Shown here: positions 19,962-29,254 of the stretch, piece by piece
Numbering within the stretch: the stretch's first letter is position 1
Layout: each line of letters opens with the position of its first letter
Source: Candidatus Levybacteria bacterium RIFCSPHIGHO2_01_FULL_40_16
Lineage (GTDB): Bacteria > Patescibacteriota > Microgenomatia > Levybacterales > UBA12049
DNA length: 64,000 bases
Assembly (NCBI GenBank): GCA_001783805.1
Contig: MFNS01000001.1
Coordinates: forward strand, 257,074-321,073
Direction of reading: 5' to 3'
Notes under the pieces: generated by a model
Told to the model about the DNA's origin: nothing
Seen by the model: only the letters and a program-made list of their open reading frames with translations
Databases searched by the model: none
Position numbers and translations under genes: made by a program

Positions 19962-20503
19962 GGCACTTGTTTCTGATCGGTATTCGAAAAGCAAGTAATA
20001 AGCGTTACGTTGTGGCAAAGAGGTGTACCTATCGGGCATTTATTATCAGCCCAAGAAACTCTTACCGTAACTCTGCTGCCTCGGTCAATAACTGCGCAGG
20101 TTTGAGTATTGTCTGGACAACAGTCCGATGATCCCTGATCAAATTTAACTTCTCGAGAAAAGATTCCTCCTACAGGTACAGGACTTTGTTCTTTGCAGTT
20201 TTTGTTTGGAAGAGCAAGTATTACCAACTCCATAGGATTCTGACCAAGACAATATGCGGTATTCGATGTATAGGAAGAAAGTGTAGTCCAGCTGGAGTCT
20301 TTTATTTGCCTAATCACTGCCATTCCTTCTTGCGCATAGGAATTTGCCAAACCTTGATTTTTTGCATACTGAGCGTTATTTAAGGATGTGATTATCCCCA
20401 ATATTATTGCGCTCAATACCAATACCGAAACGCCAAAAGCAAGTAAAATTTCCAAAATCGTCTGTCCCTCCTCACCCCGGAATAGATTTTTCTGTTTTTT
20501 CAT
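19958..20503 (-). CDS. PilV-like minor pilin
   Basis: GQTILEILL, AQEGM, VTVRVSW. Confidence 0.75.
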   Translation of the reverse strand: MKKQKNLFRGEEGQTILEILLAFGVSVLVLSAIILGIITSLNNAQYAKNQGLANSYAQEGMAVIRQIKDSSWTTLSSYTSNTAYCLGQNPMELVILALPNKNCKEQSPVPVGGIFSREVKFDQGSSDCCPDNTQTCAVIDRGSRVTVRVSWADNKCPIGTPLCHNVTLITCFSNTDQKQVP

Positions 20504-20614
20504 ACCTTGATTAAATAATCACTACTCTAGGTGTTTATCTATGTTGGTCAGTAATCGCTTAGATCCGGATAGTTTCTGTTAAAGTAAAACTGCACTTAAC
20601 CCCATAAATAATTA

Positions 20615-21073
20615 TTACTCAACGACTATGGTTCCTGTTTGTTCCGGATGCAGATAATTATAGTATCCATAGGTACCAGCTCCATCAAAAATAACCGAGA
20701 CGCCGCTTCCGTCTGGAAATCTGCCCAAGTTTAAAGCGGGATATGCATCATGAGTACTGGGTGGATTGGAAACAATCGCAGCTTCCTGACCGCTTTGATT
20801 AACCCAATTAACCAAGGTGCCAACTTTTATTTTTATAACTGCGGGATTAAAACCCTGTTTACCAACGCTTATTTCTTGTTTATTGCTAAATTTTGGCGCA
20901 GGAGAGGATTTTGAGGTTACTTTTGTTTCGCTTGATGGGAAAACTACAGAAGTTTGGTTCCTTGAAGCCAGCTTTTTTTGTGAGAAAAGAAGATAACCAA
21001 TTATGGCCATTACTGCCAAAATGCAGAAAATCAAAATGTCAAAAATAAGCTTTCTTCTACCTGTATTTTCCAT
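20615..21073 (-). CDS. Membrane-anchored cupredoxin-like protein
   Basis: GFNPAVIKIKVGTLVNWVN..FDGAGTYGYYNYLHP..TGTIVVE; copper Cys/Met ligands not evident. Confidence 0.7.
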   Translation of the reverse strand: MENTGRRKLIFDILIFCILAVMAIIGYLLFSQKKLASRNQTSVVFPSSETKVTSKSSPAPKFSNKQEISVGKQGFNPAVIKIKVGTLVNWVNQSGQEAAIVSNPPSTHDAYPALNLGRFPDGSGVSVIFDGAGTYGYYNYLHPEQTGTIVVE

Positions 21074-21152
21074 TTATAAACTCTTTTTATTAGAGCACGC
21101 TTTTTTTCTCACGTCAAGACCCCGAAAGATTCTTCATACTTTGGCCAAACAA

Positions 21153-23141
21153 TTATGGCCTGTAGATGCTCACATGTGTTGCTTCGTTGCCGGCATCTGA
21201 TACCCAATAATAAACCGTATAGTGCATGAAGATAATCTGCGGGCACCCATTCACGAAATCGTTGATCAGATATTGATAATGATAGCTGGCTCCTGGCCCC
21301 AGTGTTAGCGGGAACGATGTTATCAGAAACGGATCATAAGTTATGCCGGAAGTTTCACTATGAGACTGCGACCAGAAGGTTATGGTATGGGTTGCCGATA
21401 CTGCATTATTGTTCTTTATGTCAACGTTATAATTAGGCGTCCAGTAGGCAGGCGCGCTTACACATACTTCTGCGCTGACTGTAGGATTACTAAACGCGAA
21501 TGGCGAGGAGGGTGCCGGTGTAGGAGTTGCTGTGGGAAGAGGAGTTGGGGTTGAGGTGGGAATAGACGTTGGCGTTGGGGTTGGATTCAATTTGATACCA
21601 AAGTTAACAGCGGCATTAGGACCAACCGAAGGAGTAAATGAAGTGGCAGTAGTAGCGGAATATCCGCTTGGCACACTTAATGAGACAGTGTAACTTCCCG
21701 AAACCGCATTCCAAACGTACTGACCGGAGGAATTGGTAGTTGCGGAAGAGGGCGTTCCGGGAGCAGAGATTGAAACAGTTGCTCCTCCTGAATAGCCCAA
21801 TTCTCCTCCGTCCTGTATCGCATTTCCATTTGAGTCTACAAATACGGTAGTTGTAATGGCGTATACGGGAACGCCGTTATAAAGGCTGGCTATTTCTGCT
21901 GACGACAACGCCCGGTTGTAAATGCGCACATCATCAATTTTTCCATTTATTGAATTGCCTCCGCCCGTATACGAGTCGCTGAAAGATCCTAGGAAAAATT
22001 TTGTCGCCGCAGTGCTTAAATTGCCGCTCTGATTATCTAAATCTTCCTGTATTCCATCCACATAAATTATTTGACTGGTTCCGTTATACGTAGCGGCAAA
22101 CTGATGAAACGCTCCGTCAGACCATTTTCCCGACGTTGTTAAACTACTAATTACCGCTGACGTTGTTCTACTTCTGTACTGAATGTTACCGCCTCCTACA
22201 TTCATATCCATGCTTATTGAACCTGCGCCATCCGATAATGGAAAACCAAAGACAACCCCTGAATCATTCGCATTTATTTGTATCCACATCATCACAGTCC
22301 AGGCATTTGTAAGTCCCAAATTATACGGAATCTGTATGTAATTACTGTCATTAAAACTGTATGCTTGTCCGATTTGACCAGCGACCAAGCTGGGAAGAGG
22401 ACTTCCGCCAAGAGTACCATTATTTCCATTAAAAGAATCATTAGCGTTGCCGTCGAATTTCCACCAGCCCACCAGACCGGGTATTGGGGTTGGGGTGGGG
22501 GTTGCGGTGGGAATAGGCGTTGGGGTTGGGGTAAGAATAGGCGTTGGCGTTGGGGTGGGAGCAGATGTTGGAGTCGAAAAGGGAGTAACGGTAGGACTAG
22601 GTATTGAAGTCGGAAGCGGAGTTGCGGTAGGAATTGTGGTAGGAATAGGCGTTGGCAACGACAATTGCACGTTAACTCTTCCCAGAGAATCAATTACAAT
22701 AAATCTTTGTTGACCATATCCGGAAAGCACAATGATATTGTCGGAACCCTGAGTTCCACCGGTTATTGTGGGAAAAAAAATAGTTTTACCAACACTGCCG
22801 GCATCAAAACTTACACCTCTCGGAAGAGTTTTTGTCGAAAGCGGCGGACCATTGATTCCGGAACCGGAACAACGACTCACTAAAGTATAGCTCGTATTCG
22901 AAACAATATTTACACCATATCCATCTAATGGATTGCATGCTCCGGAAGGCTTTATCTGCGATTGCGCGCGCGACTTGGCCAGATTCAACATCGTAACCAC
23001 CTCGTTGGTGGAAGTTTGCAGGACTTGAACTTGATTGTAATTTGCGAATCCTCCAATGCCCAATGTTCCCAAAACAGCTGTGATGCCTACTACAACCATT
23101 AGCTCAATGAGAGTAAAACCTTTTTGGAAAAATTTTTTCAT
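21153..23141 (-). CDS. Large modular FimT-like pilin: pilin, PT linker, LamG, SdrD-B-like repeat, PT linker, unknown C-terminal domain
   Basis: [41 protein letters not shown]. Confidence 0.8.
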   Translation of the reverse strand: MKKFFQKGFTLIELMVVVGITAVLGTLGIGGFANYNQVQVLQTSTNEVVTMLNLAKSRAQSQIKPSGACNPLDGYGVNIVSNTSYTLVSRCSGSGINGPPLSTKTLPRGVSFDAGSVGKTIFFPTITGGTQGSDNIIVLSGYGQQRFIVIDSLGRVNVQLSLPTPIPTTIPTATPLPTSIPSPTVTPFSTPTSAPTPTPTPILTPTPTPIPTATPTPTPIPGLVGWWKFDGNANDSFNGNNGTLGGSPLPSLVAGQIGQAYSFNDSNYIQIPYNLGLTNAWTVMMWIQINANDSGVVFGFPLSDGAGSISMDMNVGGGNIQYRSRTTSAVISSLTTSGKWSDGAFHQFAATYNGTSQIIYVDGIQEDLDNQSGNLSTAATKFFLGSFSDSYTGGGNSINGKIDDVRIYNRALSSAEIASLYNGVPVYAITTTVFVDSNGNAIQDGGELGYSGGATVSISAPGTPSSATTNSSGQYVWNAVSGSYTVSLSVPSGYSATTATSFTPSVGPNAAVNFGIKLNPTPTPTSIPTSTPTPLPTATPTPAPSSPFAFSNPTVSAEVCVSAPAYWTPNYNVDIKNNNAVSATHTITFWSQSHSETSGITYDPFLITSFPLTLGPGASYHYQYLINDFVNGCPQIIFMHYTVYYWVSDAGNEATHVSIYRP

Positions 23142-23620
23142 TTTAATACATTAGCTACAATAGTTTTTGTTTTTCCTCCGGAGGAGATAACAATTTGGCC
23201 CGGCGTATCCACTCCGCCCTTTTGTACCGGGAAGAAAAAAGAGGTGGGGAAAGTATCCGGACTTTTAAAACTTACATTTTGAGGAAGAGTTTTTGTTTGA
23301 AGATTGCTGGTAATTCCCGAGCAACGGCTGCTTAGCGTATAAGTCCGATTAATAATTGATATATCCACTTGGTATCCTTCCAGAATTTGCGAAGACGCGC
23401 TGCAGGATGTACCCATTTTCACCTGCGATTGCGCGCGCGACTTGGCCAGATTCAACATCGTAGTTACCTCGTTAGAGGAGTTCTGAAGAATCTGAGATTG
23501 ATTATAATTTGCAAATCCCGTAATACCCAATGCCCCCAAAGCAGCCATAATACTTATCGCAACCATTAGTTCAATTAGGGTAAATCCTCTCCGTTGCTTC
23601 GATTTGAAATTTATTTTCAT
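23138..23620 (-). CDS. FimT/GspH-like minor pilin
   Basis: [19 protein letters not shown]; paralog of the N-terminus of 21153-23141. Confidence 0.8.
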   Translation of the reverse strand: MKINFKSKQRRGFTLIELMVAISIMAALGALGITGFANYNQSQILQNSSNEVTTMLNLAKSRAQSQVKMGTSCSASSQILEGYQVDISIINRTYTLSSRCSGITSNLQTKTLPQNVSFKSPDTFPTSFFFPVQKGGVDTPGQIVISSGGKTKTIVANVLK

Positions 23621-24162
23621 GGATTTTGAAGAGTATATTGCCAAAGAGTAGTGCTGCCAGAACAGTTTGCCTTGGGAACGTCCAATTGGGAATCATTTTC
23701 ATTCTCAAGGCAGGCAACCAGAGAATAGGTTGTGCCCGCAGAAGAAGAATAGGTGTAGGGTGTCGCAGAAGACGGATCGCAAGGGATTTTTGTCATATAA
23801 ACGGTCCCTGAAGGAGGACTGACAACCCCTTCTGAAGTCAAAGCATATCCGCAGGTTAAAGAGATACCGGTCGGATAATTACTCTGGTCTGACCTATAGA
23901 GTTCCAGAGCTGATTGGATTTGGCGAAGATCGGATTTGCGTACTCCGTCCCGGGCTCTTTGCCTTACTCCGACAAAATTTGCCAATAGGAAACTCGATAA
24001 AATACCAATAATTGCTATTGTCACTAACAACTCAATTAGGGTAAACCCAGCACCACTTCCGATTAAGTAAATTTTTTCTTTAAGTTTTTTTAATTCACAA
24101 AAGTGGTGCTGGGTAAACCCCTTTTTGTAAATTGTTAATTGTAAATTGTTAATTGTTTTCAT
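23617..24162 (-). CDS. GspG-like pilin with a 72-nt insertion in its leader
   Basis: GFTLIELL, ARDGVRKSDLRQIQSALELY. Confidence 0.85.
   Translation of the reverse strand: MKTINNLQLTIYKKGFTQHHFCELKKLKEKIYLIGSGAGFTLIELLVTIAIIGILSSFLLANFVGVRQRARDGVRKSDLRQIQSALELYRSDQSNYPTGISLTCGYALTSEGVVSPPSGTVYMTKIPCDPSSATPYTYSSSAGTTYSLVACLENENDSQLDVPKANCSGSTTLWQYTLQNP
24039..24120. mobile_element. 72-nt palindromic mini-element at the prepilin GFT codons, copy 1
   Basis: Inverted repeats CCCAGCACCACTT/AAGTGGTGCTGGG; direct repeats GGGTAAACCC at 24039-24048 and 24111-24120. Confidence 0.7.
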
Positions 24163-24647
24163 GGACTCACATTCGGACTCGAAACCCCATAATTACAAAT
24201 GATGCTTCCGCTTGCACAAGCATTTGTCGGTATACCATTTGTTCCCAGGCTCGTACAAGCATTGCCCAGGTTGCACGCCTGCGGATCATTTCCACCCCTT
24301 TCCAGACTAGCATAAAGATAATAAGTTTGTCCATCGGAAGAAGAATAATACACATAATTTCTTGATGGAGATGCCGGATCTTTTGGCAAAGTACCCATGT
24401 AAGGCATCCAGGAAAGTCCCCATCCGATACCGGCAATTATGTAGCCGCTTGAATCAGGAAACTTTCCATAATCCTGATAATATGTCTCAAAAGCTCTCTG
24501 AATTTGAGCAAGATCAGATTTTCTTCTGGAATCGTTCGCTTTCTGAAATTGAGTCAGAGGATTTATGATGCTTATTATTGCCACTGCCAAAATTCCAATT
24601 ACGGCAATCACGATCAAAAGCTCTATCAAGGTAAACCCACGTCGCAT
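24159..24647 (-). CDS. GspG-like pilin
   Basis: [36 protein letters not shown]. Confidence 0.85.
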   Translation of the reverse strand: MRRGFTLIELLIVIAVIGILAVAIISIINPLTQFQKANDSRRKSDLAQIQRAFETYYQDYGKFPDSSGYIIAGIGWGLSWMPYMGTLPKDPASPSRNYVYYSSSDGQTYYLYASLERGGNDPQACNLGNACTSLGTNGIPTNACASGSIICNYGVSSPNVSP

Positions 24648-24696
24648 ATACTCATGATAGCACAGTCAAATGTTCTGTCAAATAAATCCGAAGAAT

Positions 24697-26022
24697 TCAC
24701 GAGCCAGATCTGTAGAGTTCTGCTTTTGTTGAGTTGTTAGCGGCATCTGACACCCAATAGTAATACGTAGTGCTCAAGAATATAAGCGGATTGCAGTCAG
24801 TCATGATATTTACGAGCCAGTTATAATGATAACTCTCTCCGGGCCCCAGTGTCAGTGAGAACGACGTTATTGTATACGGAGAACTCATCGGTTGCCCGTC
24901 GCGCTGCCATTGCTGCCAGAAGGTTATGGTATGGGTTGCCGATACCGCATTGTTGTTCGTTATGTCAACGTTATAATTAGGCGTCCAGTAAATAGGGCCA
25001 TTTACGCATGACTGGGGACTGACCGTGGAATTGCTAAATGCGAATGGCGAGGTTGGAGTAGGGGTTGGGGTCGGCGTATTAGTTGGAATTGGCGTTGCAG
25101 TTGGAGTAGGTGTTGGCACAACAACCGTAATATCGGTATCCGTAGCTCCTGTAGATGGGCAAGTTCTTCCATCATTTAAATCCGCTGTCCCCCAGACGGC
25201 TGTCAGACCGGTTGCGACAGCAGTTGCCGTGGTCGAGTAAGGCGAGCTTGAATCGAAAGTGGGATTAACAGTAGCTATAGCAGTATTGTAAGAACCGAAA
25301 CGCATTTGATTTACTGTTGCCACTCCCAATCCCGAAGTAACACTAGCGGTGACCGTACTTGTTCCTCCGATAACCAAGGTTTGCGACGCGGGCGCAGTTG
25401 TGACTTGACAGGGCACTGGAGTTGGAGTGGGCGTTGAAGTAGGAACAAGAGTTGGGGTTGGTGTTGTAGGGGCAGGGGTTAATGTAGGAATTCCCGTAGG
25501 GGTAGGGGCGCCAAATGCGACAACCGAAGTATTGGTAGAAGTTATCGAATAGTTGTAACTATTACTCTTGCAAATTATATTAGGAATAGCCTGCGGGTCG
25601 GAATTTCTCTCAAGCTTGGCACTAAGTCTGAACGAGCTGCCGTCGCTTTCATAACAATAACTCTGTGCAACAAGCGGATCTTTGGGAAGTTTGGGCATAT
25701 AAACTCCTTCAATTTGCGTTAGATCGGCAGGGTAGCTATTGTTATCGTTATAATATGTGTCCAGGGCAGTTGCTATTTGCGAGAGGTTGTCTTTTCTTTG
25801 AGCATCATGGCTTTTCGCAAACTGCTCTATCGGATTTAAAACAAAAGCCAGCGAAGACGCCAAAACTCCAATTATGGCACCTGCAACCAAAAATTCAATT
25901 AGTGTAAAACCCGAAGGAAATTTTGAACGATAAAATTTCCGAAAAAAATTGACAATAAAGTTCCTGTGGCTAAAAAAGGTCCGAAGGGGATTACTGTTCC
26001 GAATGTCTCTCTCCTCTTCCAT
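24697..26022 (-). CDS. Modular pilin with PT linkers, Ig-like region and shared unknown C-terminal domain; start uncertain (overlaps pilD)
   Basis: GFTLIEF, RKDNLSQIATALDTYYND, LPKDP. Confidence 0.75.
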   Translation of the reverse strand: MEEERDIRNSNPLRTFFSHRNFIVNFFRKFYRSKFPSGFTLIEFLVAGAIIGVLASSLAFVLNPIEQFAKSHDAQRKDNLSQIATALDTYYNDNNSYPADLTQIEGVYMPKLPKDPLVAQSYCYESDGSSFRLSAKLERNSDPQAIPNIICKSNSYNYSITSTNTSVVAFGAPTPTGIPTLTPAPTTPTPTLVPTSTPTPTPVPCQVTTAPASQTLVIGGTSTVTASVTSGLGVATVNQMRFGSYNTAIATVNPTFDSSSPYSTTATAVATGLTAVWGTADLNDGRTCPSTGATDTDITVVVPTPTPTATPIPTNTPTPTPTPTSPFAFSNSTVSPQSCVNGPIYWTPNYNVDITNNNAVSATHTITFWQQWQRDGQPMSSPYTITSFSLTLGPGESYHYNWLVNIMTDCNPLIFLSTTYYYWVSDAANNSTKAELYRSGS

Positions 26023-26681
26023 ATAATTAGTATGCATCCCACAATTGCGCCTGTCAAGAATGCGATGTATAAGGCAACCACGATGTTCGGAAAACCCAAA
26101 ATTAGCCCCATTAGAAATGCGAATTTTACATCCCCAAATCCCATGCCTTTTCCCCTAGTCACAATGAGCAATGCTAGGAAAAACAAACCTGCCCCAAGGG
26201 CTGAGAGGAGATGGGGGGGTATTAAGTAGTAAGTATTAAGTATTAAGTATAGAAAAGAAATTATTATTGCAGGAAACACAATTTTGTCCGGAATAATACC
26301 ATATTTAAGGTCCGCAAAAAAAACCACAATCAAAGAGGAAGCAATAAATAAATAATATATAAGATTTATAATGTTTATAGTCGATATAAAATTTATATAT
26401 GCTCCTCCGATAAAAATAAAAACCCCGGCAAACAAAATCCCCGTTGTTAATTCAACAATCGGATAATAAAACGAAAGGGAAGTCCTACAGTAACGACATT
26501 TACCCTTGAGAAAAATAAAAGACAATAGGGGAATCAGATCAAACCAAGCCAATTCTTTTTTGCATTTCTCACAATGTGATCTTCCCTTAATCGCAGATTC
26601 TTCTTTTGGCAACCTGTCCGCCAAAACATTCAAAAAAGACCCAACAAAAAGCCCGAGAATAAAAATTAGCAATAAAACCAT
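25899..26681 (-). CDS. pilD: Prepilin peptidase
   Basis: GSFLNV, CEKC/CRYC, DLKYGIIPD, GMGFGDVK, PFGPFL. Confidence 0.95.
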   Translation of the reverse strand: MVLLLIFILGLFVGSFLNVLADRLPKEESAIKGRSHCEKCKKELAWFDLIPLLSFIFLKGKCRYCRTSLSFYYPIVELTTGILFAGVFIFIGGAYINFISTINIINLIYYLFIASSLIVVFFADLKYGIIPDKIVFPAIIISFLYLILNTYYLIPPHLLSALGAGLFFLALLIVTRGKGMGFGDVKFAFLMGLILGFPNIVVALYIAFLTGAIVGCILIIWKRRETFGTVIPFGPFLATGTLLSIFFGNFIVQNFLRVLH

Positions 26682-26707
26682 GCATTATAAATATACCACA
26701 AAGTATA

Positions 26708-27532
26708 TTATTTAAACGCCAATAGGTGTTTTATTAAGCCTTGGGCGTAGAGCTGTTGGATCTGGGAAAAAGTAAGAGCTTGCTTGTAAATGCGCACATC
26801 ATCAATCAGTCCATTAGCGTAATAACCTGAAAAAAATCCGATGTAAAGAGGTCCTGTTTTTGAATTTGGTAAACCTGTTTTCGCTATTGTATCAGCTATT
26901 TGTATCCTGCCATCAGCATACATTTTAGCATTATCTATATCATTTTGGCCATTTCCAGTAACTATAAACACAAGGTGATGCCAATTTCCGTCGGCTATAT
27001 TTACAGGATTGTGAAAAAAATATTTAAAGTTACCGGCTCCAAGATAGATTAAAGATCGTCCGGCTGTCCAAACTGGTAAAATAGCAGGAAGACCAGATGC
27101 TGAAAATGAAACTAATGGCCAATAAATTCCTGATTGCCACTTTATCCAAGCTTCAACGGTAAATACGTCCGGCTTTAAACTCGTCCTATTTCCCGCGTCA
27201 ATATACGCCGTTCCGTTAAAGTTACTTGCTTTATTTCTATTCCTCCTGTCTAATGCCGGGGTTACGTTAATCCCCATACCATTATTACCATTTCCTGAAG
27301 TATCTTTAAAAGTGCCATCATCAAATGTCCATTCTCCCACAAGATCAATAGCAAGATTGTTTTGTATTCCTGCCGAGAACGTCTCCGCCTTAGCAATATT
27401 GGCGGAATTAATCTTTCCTGCGGGATCTATGGCTACAAGCACTCCTGTTCCCAAAACTCCCACCACCGCTATCACTATGAGAAGTTCTATCAAGGTAAAG
27501 CCTTTCTTAAATTGTGCTTTCAATATCTTCAT
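26708..27532 (-). CDS. Pilin-LamG (ConA-like) fusion, copy A
   Basis: GFTLIELL, LVGEWTFD, WHHLV, IDDVRIY. Confidence 0.85.
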   Translation of the reverse strand: MKILKAQFKKGFTLIELLIVIAVVGVLGTGVLVAIDPAGKINSANIAKAETFSAGIQNNLAIDLVGEWTFDDGTFKDTSGNGNNGMGINVTPALDRRNRNKASNFNGTAYIDAGNRTSLKPDVFTVEAWIKWQSGIYWPLVSFSASGLPAILPVWTAGRSLIYLGAGNFKYFFHNPVNIADGNWHHLVFIVTGNGQNDIDNAKMYADGRIQIADTIAKTGLPNSKTGPLYIGFFSGYYANGLIDDVRIYKQALTFSQIQQLYAQGLIKHLLAFK

Positions 27533-27558
27533 AATTTAATTAGATGTATTCCCTGGTA

Positions 27559-28398
27559 TTATTTAAACGCCAATAGGTGTTTTACTAAGCCTTGGGCATA
27601 GAGCTGTTGGATCTGGGAGAAAGTAAGAGCTTGTTTGTAAATCCGTACATCGTCGATAATCCCCTTAAATGAGGAGGTTCCACCGGAACTAATGCTGGAC
27701 ACGCCCGCAATGATATGCGATCCTGCTTGTTGAGTTACACTGTATCTCACTCCATTAACATAAAGTTTTGCCGTATTGGTGTCGGCATTATCGGTATAGG
27801 TTAAAACTAAGAAATACCAGGTATTTATGGAAGGATTCCAATTGATGTAATCGTTAGTGCTGCCAAAGTACAAGAAATTATTAGCGTAATGCTGATAAAA
27901 ATTATTGAACAAATGATTATGATTTCCCTTGTCTGATGCTGATTGATCCCAATAAAACCATCCTGTCTGAGTTTTTACTACGCCTGTCGCGGAAAAGTTT
28001 ATGTAAGCATCTGAACCATCAAAACTATATGCCTTGTTGGCTCTACCCCTTCTATCTGCTGTTAATGTAGCTCCTATTACCGTACCGTTATTCCTATATC
28101 CTGAGGTATCATTTGCATTGCCATCAAATGTCCATTCTCCGACCAGATCAATAGCGAGATTGTTGTTTATACTTGCTGCATATGTTTCCATATTAGCAAG
28201 CTTGGCGGAATTAATCTTTCCTGCCGGATCTATAGCTACAAGCACTCCAGTTCCTAAAACCCCCACTACCGCTATGACTATGAGAAGTTCGATAAGGGTA
28301 AACCCAGCACCACTTATAAAAACCTCCATTTGTTTTTTAAGTTCTTTTAATTCACGCAAGTGGTGCTGGGTAAACCCCCTTGACCAATGTTTTTCCAT
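27559..28398 (-). CDS. Pilin-LamG fusion, copy B, with a 72-nt leader insertion
   Basis: Same architecture as copy A. Confidence 0.85.
   Translation of the reverse strand: MEKHWSRGFTQHHLRELKELKKQMEVFISGAGFTLIELLIVIAVVGVLGTGVLVAIDPAGKINSAKLANMETYAASINNNLAIDLVGEWTFDGNANDTSGYRNNGTVIGATLTADRRGRANKAYSFDGSDAYINFSATGVVKTQTGWFYWDQSASDKGNHNHLFNNFYQHYANNFLYFGSTNDYINWNPSINTWYFLVLTYTDNADTNTAKLYVNGVRYSVTQQAGSHIIAGVSSISSGGTSSFKGIIDDVRIYKQALTFSQIQQLYAQGLVKHLLAFK
28296..28377. mobile_element. 72-nt palindromic mini-element at the prepilin GFT codons, copy 2
   Basis: Same inverted repeats; GGGTAAACCC at 28296-28305 and 28368-28377. Confidence 0.7.
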
Positions 28399-28440
28399 AA
28401 ATTATCTCCTATGAAAATCATATACCAACATAAAGCATTA

Positions 28441-29250
28441 TTAAAGTATCAATAGATGCCTTATTAAGCCTTGCGCATAGAGTTGCTTGATTTGGGAGGA
28501 TAAAAGCGCAGATTTGTAAACCCGCACATCATCAATTACACCATAAAAATAGGAATACCTGTTACCAATCCAAAGAGAGTCTGATGTCGTACCCGCATTT
28601 ATCGTTTGAGTAACAGTTCCTCCATATTGTGAACCATCAACAAAAGCTCTTAAAAAGCTTCCGCTCCAAGTAAAGACTAAGTGATGCCAGACACCGATGG
28701 TAGGCTTGCCAAAACTAACACTATTGTATGGCACACCGTTGTCTATGCTGCCCTCTATAGCGGTTGTTGTGAATACGGTAATGGCATAGCCGGGTGTATC
28801 CCATCCCGCAGAAGCCCCTTTACTTACTATGGCGGGGTATGTTCCGGCGCTATAAGAGCTTATCTTAATCCAAACCTCAATTGTCCCAGCATTTGTTAAA
28901 TTCAAGCTTGCGCCATTTCCCGCATTAATAAACGCCGTTCCGTTAAAGTTGCTTGCTTTATTCCTATCCCTCCTGTCTAATGCCGAGGTTACGTTAATCC
29001 CCATACCATTATTACCATATCCTGAAGTATCTTTAAAAGTGTTATCATCAAATGTCCATTCTCCGACCAGATCAAAACCAAGAGAGTTTTGTATTCCTGC
29101 CGAGAACGTCTCCGCCTTAGCAATATTGGCAGAATTAATTTTTCCTGCCGGATCTATGGCTACAAGCACTCCGGTTCCCAAAACTCCCACCACCGCTATG
29201 ACTATGAGAAGTTCGATAAGAGTAAAACCCCTTACTAAAATTATTTTCAT
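28441..29250 (-). CDS. Pilin-LamG fusion, copy C
   Basis: Same architecture as copy A. Confidence 0.85.
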   Translation of the reverse strand: MKIILVRGFTLIELLIVIAVVGVLGTGVLVAIDPAGKINSANIAKAETFSAGIQNSLGFDLVGEWTFDDNTFKDTSGYGNNGMGINVTSALDRRDRNKASNFNGTAFINAGNGASLNLTNAGTIEVWIKISSYSAGTYPAIVSKGASAGWDTPGYAITVFTTTAIEGSIDNGVPYNSVSFGKPTIGVWHHLVFTWSGSFLRAFVDGSQYGGTVTQTINAGTTSDSLWIGNRYSYFYGVIDDVRVYKSALLSSQIKQLYAQGLIRHLLIL

Positions 29251-29254
29251 AAGA

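Noticed and set aside
21520-25510. GTTGGGGT-type repeats as a CRISPR or DNA repeat array
   Set aside because: They encode Pro-Thr linkers on the minus strand; no repeat-spacer structure or cas genes in the window
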